Below, piece after piece: positions 21,622 through 30,425 of a DNA stretch of 64,000 nucleotides. Position 1 is the stretch's first letter. Each line of letters starts with the position of its first letter. The stretch comes from a bacterium (GTDB taxonomy: Bacteria; Patescibacteriota; CPR2; UBA1875; CAIMLA01): assembly GCA_037129835.1 (NCBI GenBank), contig JBAXUE010000006.1:6157-70156 (forward strand). The letters run 5' to 3'. The notes under the pieces are model-generated. The model did not search any database. It had not been told where the DNA came from and saw only the letters and a program-made list of their open reading frames with translations. Made by a program: the position numbers and the translations under genes.

Positions 21622-22968
21622 TTACTCAGCTCTCATTACTTCGGCTGGACGAATTTTAGTAATAAAGAATGAGGCAAGTACGCTCCCAATGACTGCGATT
21701 ATTAGGGCGACGCCTAAGCCGTAGAAAACGATTTTCCAATCAACTACACCTTGGACGCTAGTCAAAGCTCCCCTGAGCTGTCCAAAGCCTCCACCCATGC
21801 CTCTTCCTGGTCCACCTGTATCGGTGGCAGAACTAGTAACAAGCATACTTGTAATAGGGTTAGCGGCAGCGATACCGAGACCGATACCTACAACAGAAGC
21901 AAGAAGTGTAAAAGTAACAGATTCAACTGCGAACTGAAGCACTACTCGGATATTTGAGGCTCCGATAGCTTTCAGAACGCCGATCTCTCTTCTGCGCTCT
22001 CTAACAATCATAACCATTGTTAGTAATATTATTACTGCACCAGCGCCAACAGCGCCGAAGAGGCTGTACATAGAGATTTTTTGAATGTTTTCAAGCGGAG
22101 CAATTGCGGTCTGAGCTTGTGCTGCAGCATTTGTGACATCTGCAGTTGTGCCGAGAGCAGTCGTAGTAGCCGTTGTAACTGAGTCAACATTTGAGATAGA
22201 ATTTACTGTTGCCGTAGCACTAGTAAACTGACCCACTTGGCTTGACAATGTCTGCACGGTAGCAAGGGGCATAATTACTTGATTATTAGAAAATGCATTA
22301 CCCGCATCAAATATACCCATAACGCTGACTGTCGTGCTGTAAGCAGTAAATGTAGAGCCTACTTTCAAATTATTTTTTGTTGCTAGATTTGAACCAACTA
22401 TAGCAACATTCTCCGTGCTACCAGAATCAAATACTTTTCCGCTTGTTAGCTTAAATGTTCCACCACCTTGAGTAGAGGAAAGATCGGTTGGTTTATTTGT
22501 ACCGACTAGGGTAACTGGTGGTGTAAATGACCTAGTTGTTTGTGTACCAGTATCTGAAGGCCGACCTTCTCCCCCCGCGGGTGGTGCAAAAGTTTCGCCA
22601 CTATTATTTGAGTTTCTTCTGCCTAAAGAACCAGCATCGATAGAAGAAACCAACGTAGAATTACTAGTTGTTAGGCGATCACTAACAACCCCATTTACTG
22701 ATGATACGTTGGCTAATTTTGCCACCTTGTCTAGAGAGGCCTGAGTAAGAGGATCTCCTCCTCCTTCAAAACCACGCATTCCCGCTGGAGAAATCGAAAC
22801 CGTGTTGCCCACATTTCCCTTTACCGCAGAAATTTTAGTACTTACCGCTTGATATGCGACTAGCATCGCTAGCGAAAGGCCTATACTAAGCCCCAGAATA
22901 ACAACAATAGAAACTGTTCTAACTACATTTCGGAAGGCATTTCTAAACCCTCGGCTAATGACACCCAT
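21622..22968 (-). CDS. ABC transporter permease, FtsX/MacB-type (single FtsX domain with a large extracytoplasmic region)
   Basis: N-terminal TM helix, a ~280-aa S/T-rich extracellular domain, then three C-terminal TM helices ending in the FtsX-like …ASFFITKIRPAEVMRAE. Confidence 0.78.
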   Translation of the reverse strand: MGVISRGFRNAFRNVVRTVSIVVILGLSIGLSLAMLVAYQAVSTKISAVKGNVGNTVSISPAGMRGFEGGGDPLTQASLDKVAKLANVSSVNGVVSDRLTTSNSTLVSSIDAGSLGRRNSNNSGETFAPPAGGEGRPSDTGTQTTRSFTPPVTLVGTNKPTDLSSTQGGGTFKLTSGKVFDSGSTENVAIVGSNLATKNNLKVGSTFTAYSTTVSVMGIFDAGNAFSNNQVIMPLATVQTLSSQVGQFTSATATVNSISNVDSVTTATTTALGTTADVTNAAAQAQTAIAPLENIQKISMYSLFGAVGAGAVIILLTMVMIVRERRREIGVLKAIGASNIRVVLQFAVESVTFTLLASVVGIGLGIAAANPITSMLVTSSATDTGGPGRGMGGGFGQLRGALTSVQGVVDWKIVFYGLGVALIIAVIGSVLASFFITKIRPAEVMRAE

Positions 22969-23042
22969 TTATTCTCCTTATTTATTATCTATATACTATT
23001 TTTTGCCTTTAAGCTGAGAATCAACTGAATACAGCCTAGTTG

Positions 23043-24047
23043 TTACGAAGGAAGAATGATTGTAAAACAAGAGCCTTTCTCTGGCTCACTTGACGCAGTA
23101 ATTCTTCCGTTATGGACAGTAACTATGTTTTCGGCGATGGAAAGTCCGATGCCATATCCCTCTACATGATTCTTGGTTCTCGACGTATCTGCACGATAAA
23201 AACGATCAAAAATATGTTGCAAGTTATCTTTTGAGATACCAGACCCGTGGTCAGATATTCTTATAAACACGTCCTTTAAATTCTTCTTAGCAACGATGGA
23301 AATCTCCCCTTTTTCTGGACTGTACTTCACCGCGTTATCGATGATAATAGTAAAGAGCTGAGTAAGCATCGTCGAGCTTCCTTTTACTTTGATATTATCT
23401 GGAATTTCCATAACCAAGTTAATGGATTTTTCTTTTATTGGTTTAACCAATGTCTTGAGAGAATTATTTACCAAATCAACAATATCCAGTTCTTTCATCT
23501 CAATCTTGTCGCGCCTATCCCTGGCAAGATCCAGAAGCCCCGAAACAAGTGCTCCCATTTTTTCTACTTCCTCTTTATTACTGGTAAGAACTTTTATTGC
23601 TTCTTTTTTATCGAGATTTTTATCCCTTAGAGTAACATCTATCTCGGCTTGCATCGCAGCTAATGGTGATCTGAGCTCGTGTGAAGCGTCTGAGACAAAA
23701 CGACTTTGCCTCTCATGAGATTCTTCCAGTGGTTTTAAAGTTAATTTTGCCAAAAGGAAACTTATTCCACCACCTAAAAGCAATATCCCAATATTTATAT
23801 ATATCAATCTTACAAATAGGTTGTTATAGCTGTCTTCTAGAGTCTGCTCTCTATTTTTTAGGACATTTGGGTCCTCTGGAGGTACCATAAACATTGGTCC
23901 ACGTTCGAAAAAGCGTTGTTGGCTTCGCAAAGTATTGTTAATTTCAGAGGTGGACATACCAAGAATTGCGACACTAAAGAATGAGCTAATCGCCATTATA
24001 ATCAGCAGATAAGTGAAAGTTAATTTGAATATTGCCGACTTAAACAT
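23043..24047 (-). CDS. Sensor histidine kinase (two TM helices, short extracytoplasmic loop)
   Basis: H-box SHELRSPLAAM, N-box, and G-boxes DHGSGI / GYGIGLS. Confidence 0.9.
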   Translation of the reverse strand: MFKSAIFKLTFTYLLIIMAISSFFSVAILGMSTSEINNTLRSQQRFFERGPMFMVPPEDPNVLKNREQTLEDSYNNLFVRLIYINIGILLLGGGISFLLAKLTLKPLEESHERQSRFVSDASHELRSPLAAMQAEIDVTLRDKNLDKKEAIKVLTSNKEEVEKMGALVSGLLDLARDRRDKIEMKELDIVDLVNNSLKTLVKPIKEKSINLVMEIPDNIKVKGSSTMLTQLFTIIIDNAVKYSPEKGEISIVAKKNLKDVFIRISDHGSGISKDNLQHIFDRFYRADTSRTKNHVEGYGIGLSIAENIVTVHNGRITASSEPEKGSCFTIILPS

Positions 24048-24729
24048 TCTTCTTTTTTACTCCAAAATAATATCCAAAACCTCTACGAGTATGAATTAAA
24101 TTATTTTTTGGATACGGCTTATCTATCTTATTTCTTAAATAACCAACATACACCTCTACCGTGTTTGGAAGTACGTCGGCATCAAAATCCCAGACATGAG
24201 TAATAATGTTTTCTTTTGAGAGTATTCGCTCTGGGTTACGTATCATATATTCTAATAGGGCAAACTCTTTGCTTGTAAGTTCTATCAGTTTTCCGCCACG
24301 TTTTACCGAAAATGTTTGTGGATTCAAAGAAAGATCTGCATAATCTATCGTCGGATTCAGTGCATCTTTAGGACGACGAAGAAGCGCTCTGACGCGAGCC
24401 AAAAGCTCCTCAAATGCGAACGGCTTTACCATGTAGTCATCTGCGCCATTATTGAGTCCAAAGACTCGATTGTCGATAGCGTCTTTTGCAGTTACAAATA
24501 TTACCGGCGTATGAATCTTCTTTGCGCGCATTTCCTTGATGATACCGGCTCCGTCATATTCACCAGGTAACATCCAGTCGAGAATAATCAAATCATATTC
24601 ATCTGTAAGGGCACTGTCGAGACCGTCGTCGCCATCATAAGCCACATCAACTGCGTATGATTCTTGCTCCAGGCCCTTCTTGACTGCATTTGCTATCTTG
24701 TGATCATCTTCTACTACTAATATTCTCAT
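24040..24729 (-). CDS. OmpR-family response regulator
   Basis: Receiver domain (MRILVVEDD…DLIILDWMLPG) plus a winged-helix C-terminus. It overlaps the kinase gene by 8 nt. Confidence 0.92.
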   Translation of the reverse strand: MRILVVEDDHKIANAVKKGLEQESYAVDVAYDGDDGLDSALTDEYDLIILDWMLPGEYDGAGIIKEMRAKKIHTPVIFVTAKDAIDNRVFGLNNGADDYMVKPFAFEELLARVRALLRRPKDALNPTIDYADLSLNPQTFSVKRGGKLIELTSKEFALLEYMIRNPERILSKENIITHVWDFDADVLPNTVEVYVGYLRNKIDKPYPKNNLIHTRRGFGYYFGVKKKNV

Positions 24730-24763
24730 ACTTATATTTTACTCCATAGTCTGAGTTTTTGCT

Positions 24764-24795
24764 GAATAAAAATTAGAGCCGAAAACGGCTCTAAT
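24764..24795 (-). terminator. Hairpin terminator candidate downstream of 24815..25360
   Basis: AGAGCCGttttCGGCTCT hairpin followed by a T-rich stretch on the transcribed (minus) strand. Confidence 0.45.
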
Positions 24796-24814
24796 ATATT
24801 AAGGGAGGAACAAA

Positions 24815-25360
24815 TTAATTAGTTGGATTGACTACGATTCTAGTAGCCTGAATGATTCCGCTAGAATCTTGCTCACCTGAGACAAAAACAGTATCTCCAA
24901 CTACCACCTTCGTTGCCGAAGTATTTGGGAATCTAGTCGTATCGCTGATCTCTACAATCCTTGTTTCACTATCGATAGTTGCCGTGAACTGCTTATCATT
25001 AACTGCTGTCACTTTACCAGTCAAATAGTTGTTATATTGATTGCTGTTATATTGAACATTTTCGTCAAGCAGTCGGCCCCTGCCACCCATCATTCCTCGG
25101 CCTGTGGCTTCAGCCTGGTCCTGCTGATCGAACTGTCGTTCGATACCTATTCCTCGCATCCCAGTCACTCCAATAAAGTTTCTACTATCTAAAACACGTT
25201 TCATCGTCATTCCGCCTATCATCAAAATAACTACAGCGCCAGCTCCGATGAGTATACCGACGAACATCTTATTACCGATGTTACATTTTGGTTGTGCTTT
25301 CTTCTCTACTGTCTTTACTGGTTCTTTTATTACTTCATTTTCGTCATTTTTTTCTGACAT
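24815..25360 (-). CDS. Membrane-anchored secreted protein, DUF5666-like C-terminal beta domain
   Basis: N-terminal TM helix, a Gly/Met-rich linker, then GKVTAVNDKQFTATIDSETRIVEISDTTRF…VGDTVFVSG. Paralogous to the next gene. Confidence 0.5.
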   Translation of the reverse strand: MSEKNDENEVIKEPVKTVEKKAQPKCNIGNKMFVGILIGAGAVVILMIGGMTMKRVLDSRNFIGVTGMRGIGIERQFDQQDQAEATGRGMMGGRGRLLDENVQYNSNQYNNYLTGKVTAVNDKQFTATIDSETRIVEISDTTRFPNTSATKVVVGDTVFVSGEQDSSGIIQATRIVVNPTN

Positions 25361-25418
25361 TAAACAGACCTTTCTTATTATTTATAGAAAATTTTATAAT
25401 CTTAAACTGAGAAATAGC

Positions 25419-25862
25419 TTAATTAATCGTTATGGCAGAAGCTGTTATCGAATCCGAGGCGGTTTCACTGCCTGGGGTTCCGGTCATCAATGGCGTAACT
25501 GCTATACTGCTACCAACGACTACTTTATCCTTAGTAGAACTAGTTGATAAATTATAAGTAGTGGCATCGCTAATAGTAACATTTTGAGTCGTGCCATCAG
25601 TTGACTTCACCGTGATCGTATTACCATCGATGGCCGTTACTTCTCCACTCGCTCTCCCCCTGAAGCCTCCACCCCTAGCACCACCTGCGGGGAAAGCACC
25701 ATTCTGTCCACGTGTGAAACCCTGATTGGTGGCCGTATCTGTGCCAGTTGTTGCCTTTGTGCCACCTGCAATAAGGTACCCAGCGCCTCCGCCGATAATA
25801 AAGACTATTACATAGGATATTGCCACCATAGCAAGCTTTTTTTGCGATTCGTTTTCTTTCAT
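25419..25862 (-). CDS. Membrane-anchored secreted protein, DUF5666-like (paralog of 24815..25360)
   Basis: N-terminal TM helix, a Gly-rich linker, then GEVTAIDGNTITVKSTDGTTQNVTISDATTYNL…VVGSSIAV. Confidence 0.5.
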   Translation of the reverse strand: MKENESQKKLAMVAISYVIVFIIGGGAGYLIAGGTKATTGTDTATNQGFTRGQNGAFPAGGARGGGFRGRASGEVTAIDGNTITVKSTDGTTQNVTISDATTYNLSTSSTKDKVVVGSSIAVTPLMTGTPGSETASDSITASAITIN

Positions 25863-25933
25863 TTATTCTCCTTATTGTATAAATATAATTATCCCAGCTG
25901 AGTAATAACTGAGATATTTATTGACTGACTTTA

Positions 25934-26479
25934 TTATAATATAGGATAAGCCTTCGTCCCAACTGTTACCCCCAGCAGTGCCACAGCCTCCGGGTCATTG
26001 GTAATTAAAGCCTCAGTCTGTTCTCTGCCTTCGTGCATATCATGACGTGACACAAGCGCAATATTCATACCACTACTGTGGTAGATAAAAAATCTTTGAT
26101 GGTTATCCGTAAAAATGTCATCATTTTTGCTAAATTTAATATTGGGCGATAATCTAGGCCATTTTTCTGGCTCTCCGAAGATAATTATTGTATTTGCAAC
26201 CTGAGAAAGTTCAAATAGCTTTCTCTTCACTCTGTCCGAACAGCCCAAACCCTTTATATTTATATATATAGTCCCATTCTGTTCATTAGTAATTGCCACC
26301 TTCGTAAGCATCGCGTCCAGTGACTTCTCAAAATAATCATGTTCCCCAATAAATGTTACCGAAGATATTTTTTCAACCTTTATAACCTCCTGAGCTTCGG
26401 CAAAATCATATTTATCAAATTTAAGGGGTTTAATTGCCAGATACCGTACAGCTACTTCAAATAAATCAACCTTATCCAT
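25934..26479 (-). CDS. Hypothetical protein (181 aa), heads the TCS/ABC gene string
   Basis: Clean ORF with no recognisable motif. Confidence 0.4.
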   Translation of the reverse strand: MDKVDLFEVAVRYLAIKPLKFDKYDFAEAQEVIKVEKISSVTFIGEHDYFEKSLDAMLTKVAITNEQNGTIYINIKGLGCSDRVKRKLFELSQVANTIIIFGEPEKWPRLSPNIKFSKNDDIFTDNHQRFFIYHSSGMNIALVSRHDMHEGREQTEALITNDPEAVALLGVTVGTKAYPIL

Positions 26480-26537
26480 AATGCCTCCTTACAATAATTA
26501 TATCATGTAAATTATAGATTATTATGAACTTCAAACA

Positions 26538-26566
26538 TTGACCAAATCTATCTTTTTTGATATAAT
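26538..26566 (+). promoter_or_regulatory. Sigma70-like promoter (TTGACC-17-TATAAT) ~145 nt upstream of tRNA-Asp
   Basis: Near-consensus -35 and -10 hexamers with a 17-nt spacer. Followed by a GC-rich leader. Confidence 0.5.
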
Positions 26567-26712
26567 TTTCCTGTTATATAAGCGGTGACAGCGCACATGC
26601 TCTCATCGAAATATACAAAAAGTGACATTTTCGGAATCCCTCTCCCGTTTGGGGCCCCCGAAAACCGTAGGTTTTAAGGGGAAGAGGAGGAAAAGCGAAA
26701 AGATGAAGACGA

Positions 26713-26789
26713 GACCCGGTAGCTCAGCTGGTTAGAGCGCCGCCCTGTCACGGCGGAGGTCGCCGGTTCGATCCCGGTCCGGGTCGCCA
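26713..26789 (+). tRNA. tRNA-Asp (anticodon GTC)
   Basis: GACCCGG-TA-GCTC-AGCTGGTTA-GAGC-G-CCGCC-CTGTCAC-GGCGG-AGGTC-GCCGG-TTCGATC-CCGGT-CCGGGTC-G-CCA. Cloverleaf with a GGTTCGATCC T-arm. Confidence 0.88.
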
Positions 26790-28385
26790 AATATCACGGA
26801 GTTCGCTCATAGGGTCATATTCTGCCTCTATGTGGCTAAAATTGACTGGTTCGGAAATATCCTTTCCGATTTCAGTCATTTTTTTATTTTCCGAACTTTC
26901 ATTTGTTTGTTTTACCGCTCTTTGGAGCGTCTGCATAGCTATCGTATATTCAATTATGGGTTTGCCATTCTCTATTTTGATGCTCTCGCATATGTCCTTC
27001 AGAATCTTCTTTTGGACTTCTGGGACCTTTAGTTTGAACTTCTCCTGGGCTACTTCCGCTCTCTGGAATATCTTCACTCCGATTTGTTGCTTTTGCTCGG
27101 AGCTTTTGGACAATCCGTCTATCTCACTTAGAATATCGTCCTTCTGTTTGGTATATTGAGCGAACCGCTCTCTGTAATTCGCATCAGAGATTAACTCGTC
27201 CAATCTGTCCTCATAGAGCCTATCTAGTCTTTTCTCCATCCGCTGGTGGTTCGCCTGAAGTTCAGTGAGTTTATGCTCTTTGTATTCAGTATCTTCTGTG
27301 TGGCTCAACTTGAGCGACTTTACTATCCAATCGGCTATCCTCGGATTCTTTACTATCAACTCCCCGAACGATTCGGCTATTTCATCAAGGACCACCTCTT
27401 CCTTCATCCATATTCGCTCATCACACTTGGTATATTTGTAGTTACAGTGTCCATATATGTGGCCTTTGTGCTCTTCCCAGCTGATTACGCTTCCGCATTT
27501 ACCACATCGCATCATCCCCTTGAAGAGAAAGTTTCTCTTGGTGATATGAGGGACAGCCCTACCTGTTAGCTTCTCCTGGACTAGATTATATAGTTCCTCA
27601 CTGATAAGTGGTTCGTGTTTACCCTGATATACGACTCCATTCCAACGAAATTTGCCTGTGTAATACAGATTGTGGAGTATTTCCCAGGTTAGCCTTTTTT
27701 TTATCACATTCCCATATTTGCTTCTTAGGCCATCTTTCTCCATCTCTATTGCTAGAGACTCTGTAGAATACAATCCACTGGCATATAGTTTGAACATCTT
27801 TGTGATGTATGGAGCGAACTTTTCATCTGGAAGGTGAACTCTTCGGCCCCTGGGGCCTTCAGACCTATAGCCGAGTGGCGGTTGTGAGGGGTATTCGCCT
27901 TGGGATATCTTCTCTTTTTGACCCTTCTTGACCTCTTCAGAGAGATTTTTAATATAATTCTTCGCGAGGACTACATTTAAATCCCAATTCAGAACATCCT
28001 GGGATTTTGAGTTCTTATGGAGAATTATCCCGTTCTTTACTGAATGTATTTGCCTTTCTGGGTCTTCATTCAACCAGTCATCTATTAGCTGATACTCCTT
28101 AAAGTTCCTAGTAACTCTATCCACCTTTTCAAATATCAGGATATTTATCTTTTTCTTTTTGGCGAATTCTAGCATCTCTGCGAATTTCTTTCTAAGAACC
28201 TTCCCACTTGCTGACTCAGAAACCGCGAACATTTTCTTTACCCGAAAATTCTTTTTTTCTGCATACTCTCCCAATATCTTCTCTTGAGCGGGTAATGAAT
28301 AACCGCTTTCTTCTTGTTCCTTTGTTGATACTCTGGCATAGATTAATGCTTCCATATCTTCTCCTTTCCTTTTACCACTATTCAA
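26748..28385 (-). mobile_element. Large serine recombinase (integrase/transposase type); its 3' end overlaps the tRNA-Asp 3' end
   Basis: N-terminal resolvase domain with the catalytic Ser in YARVSTKEQ, a recombinase domain, a Cys-rich zinc ribbon (CGKCG…HCNYKYTKC), and a coiled-coil. The likely start is the internal MEALIY… (~28355). The last 14 codons read through the tRNA-Asp acceptor and T-arm. Confidence 0.82.
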
Positions 28386-28569
28386 TTGTCAAAATACAAA
28401 GAGGGGCATTCCTGCTGGACATAGTTTCAGGAAGAAACTAAACAGGTTTGCCCCTCAAAGCAAATTTCTTCCTGTAATTAACTATGTCCACCTATATTTT
28501 AACATATTTGACCTATATTTACTTAGTTGACGAATAACGAAATCTAACTATATAAACTAATTAATATAA

Positions 28570-28875
28570 CTAATTCTTACTGTATCTAACTAAAGATAAA
28601 TATTCGGCCAGAATTATTTTTTCCAGTTTTTTCCAAAGGGCTCTATCCATCCAGAACAGTGTGCAGTATTTTTTTCTTGCGTGATTATAATACTGAGGGG
28701 GGCCCACCCAGCGGATTATCTCTCCAGTTATCTTGTCGGTCTTGCTATAAATACGAAAACCCTTTATTTTAAGACCTAGATAGTCAAGGGTCACTAGAGC
28801 AACGATATTATTCTCTGGTGACTCTTTTCTTTTGATATCAAACTGGAAGCTATCAAGGTTCAATTTATCTGTCAT
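28570..28875 (-). CDS. Hypothetical protein (island cargo)
   Basis: 101-aa ORF that overlaps the next gene by 11 nt. Confidence 0.35.
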   Translation of the reverse strand: MTDKLNLDSFQFDIKRKESPENNIVALVTLDYLGLKIKGFRIYSKTDKITGEIIRWVGPPQYYNHARKKYCTLFWMDRALWKKLEKIILAEYLSLVRYSKN

Positions 28876-29137
28876 CCCAGCTCCCTTCTTCCAAAAATTG
28901 GATTAATGATTTTTCAGTCCAAGCCTTCAATGCTTGTTTTGCTTCTTCGGTTGTCGTATAAGTCCCAGAGTTATTGATTCCACGTCCATAGGTCACCTTC
29001 AGCGTTACTTCTGACACGTTATCTCGCACGAGATTCGCATAAACTCTCTTTCTTTTTGTTGTCGCGATAGTTTGCCTTGTCCCGTCTTTATTCAGAATCT
29101 TTAGTTGAATTTTGGGCACGATGTTTTTTAGCTTCAT
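28865..29137 (-). CDS. Hypothetical protein (island cargo)
   Basis: 90-aa ORF with coupled overlaps to both neighbours. Confidence 0.35.
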   Translation of the reverse strand: MKLKNIVPKIQLKILNKDGTRQTIATTKRKRVYANLVRDNVSEVTLKVTYGRGINNSGTYTTTEEAKQALKAWTEKSLIQFLEEGSWDDR

Positions 29138-29300
29138 TTGAGTTCACCTCCTCTCCGTAAAGTAGATTTTCAAAGAGGTCGGTTAACTGATTAGCCATAA
29201 GAAAGGCTTGTTCTTCCGTTAGGGAGAGACCATAATCTTCTAGAACTATTTGGCGAAGTTCTACGACTAAATCTTTAGATAAAAATTGACCTCTTGTCAT
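29088..29300 (-). CDS. Hypothetical small protein (island cargo)
   Basis: 70-aa ORF. Confidence 0.3.
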   Translation of the reverse strand: MTRGQFLSKDLVVELRQIVLEDYGLSLTEEQAFLMANQLTDLFENLLYGEEVNSNEAKKHRAQNSTKDSE

Positions 29301-29348
29301 AAGGCCAATGGTAGATTAATAGAGCAGAGAGCTCTTGGACATTAAAAA

Positions 29349-30128
29349 CTAGCTTATCTTGTCTGGGATAATCCTCTCATACCTTTTTATGGTTTTACCC
29401 ACCAAATCTATGTCTAGTGAATATTTATTATATTTATTCACTATTTGCTTATTTGTGAGCCCCCTTAAATGGTCTTGATATATCTCAAAGTGAAGCTCTG
29501 GACTTAGCAAGTAACTCTTTCTACCTGGTTGCTGGGGCTTTCCCTTCAAATATTCTTTTACTCCTGGCCATACCTTTCTGATGTCTTCAGGCGTTACATT
29601 TTTATGAATTTTAAGATAGTAGTAATCTGCTTCATCATTTCTAGTCTCTATCTGTATGAACACGCGGGCCTTTATTTCATCTGACGTAACATATTGCCAT
29701 AAATAACCGATTTCCTCACCACTAAGACTGTATTTCCTACCTAGCTCACCAGCTAGACCAGCCGTCTTCTTAACTGTTCCAGCAGCCTCCTCTAGTTTGT
29801 TAAATAGACCTGGGTATTCTTTTTTTCTGTTCTCCAGAGTCCTGTCATCCAGTTCGGTAGCAGTCTTTAAAAAATTGAGCAAGTAGTTAAAGTTGTTTCT
29901 ATCTTCTTTAGAGGTTAGGCCAACCTTTTTGCGTATTTCCTTAATGTCTTTTAGTAGTTCGGGGTTACTGTTTATCCTGTATATAAAATCTTTCGCAATA
30001 TTGTCCAGCGCTTTATTATCACTCAGTAAGATTAGTGACTCCTTATCGCTCTCGTTATAGGTGATCCCTTCTAACCCCTTTTTAGATTTGAAGTATCCTA
30101 TTCCTTCTTTGAATTCCTTCAGGTCCAT
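29349..30128 (-). CDS. Hypothetical protein (island cargo)
   Basis: 259-aa ORF with a charged, helical character. Confidence 0.4.
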   Translation of the reverse strand: MDLKEFKEGIGYFKSKKGLEGITYNESDKESLILLSDNKALDNIAKDFIYRINSNPELLKDIKEIRKKVGLTSKEDRNNFNYLLNFLKTATELDDRTLENRKKEYPGLFNKLEEAAGTVKKTAGLAGELGRKYSLSGEEIGYLWQYVTSDEIKARVFIQIETRNDEADYYYLKIHKNVTPEDIRKVWPGVKEYLKGKPQQPGRKSYLLSPELHFEIYQDHLRGLTNKQIVNKYNKYSLDIDLVGKTIKRYERIIPDKIS

Positions 30129-30394
30129 ACGTCTCCTATTCTCCCCTATATATTACCCTATTTCTGACCCCTCTTATAGATACTCTATAGGACTATGCTA
30201 GTTGTATGCTGATATCAGTGCCTACTCCTTCCGTAAGTTACGCACGACTTGCCAACTCGGCGATGTGGTGGTTTATGGGACTATACAGGGCTATGCCAAC
30301 TACCTTCCTTCCGATAGAGCACTTACCCCACATATTTCCATAACAGCTTGGCATCGGGCTGTCGGTGTGCAATAATCCCCTTCCGTGCATGGCA

Positions 30395-30412
30395 AAAAAT
30401 TGGTATAATGTA
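30395..30412 (+). promoter_or_regulatory. Extended -10 promoter (TGGTATAAT) plus RBS for the methyltransferase operon
   Basis: aaTTGGTATAATgtagaaaagAGGGGcaATG: a TGnTATAAT element ~20 nt upstream of a GA-rich RBS and the ATG at 30426. Confidence 0.5.
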
Positions 30413-30425
30413 GAAAAGAGGGGCA

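Noticed and set aside
17-28415. Shared 10-mer GGGGCATTC upstream of the GIY-YIG gene (17–34) and upstream of the recombinase (28401–28415)
   Set aside because: A single 10-bp match is expected by chance at roughly 0.1 probability in a 64-kb two-strand search. There is no extended similarity around it.
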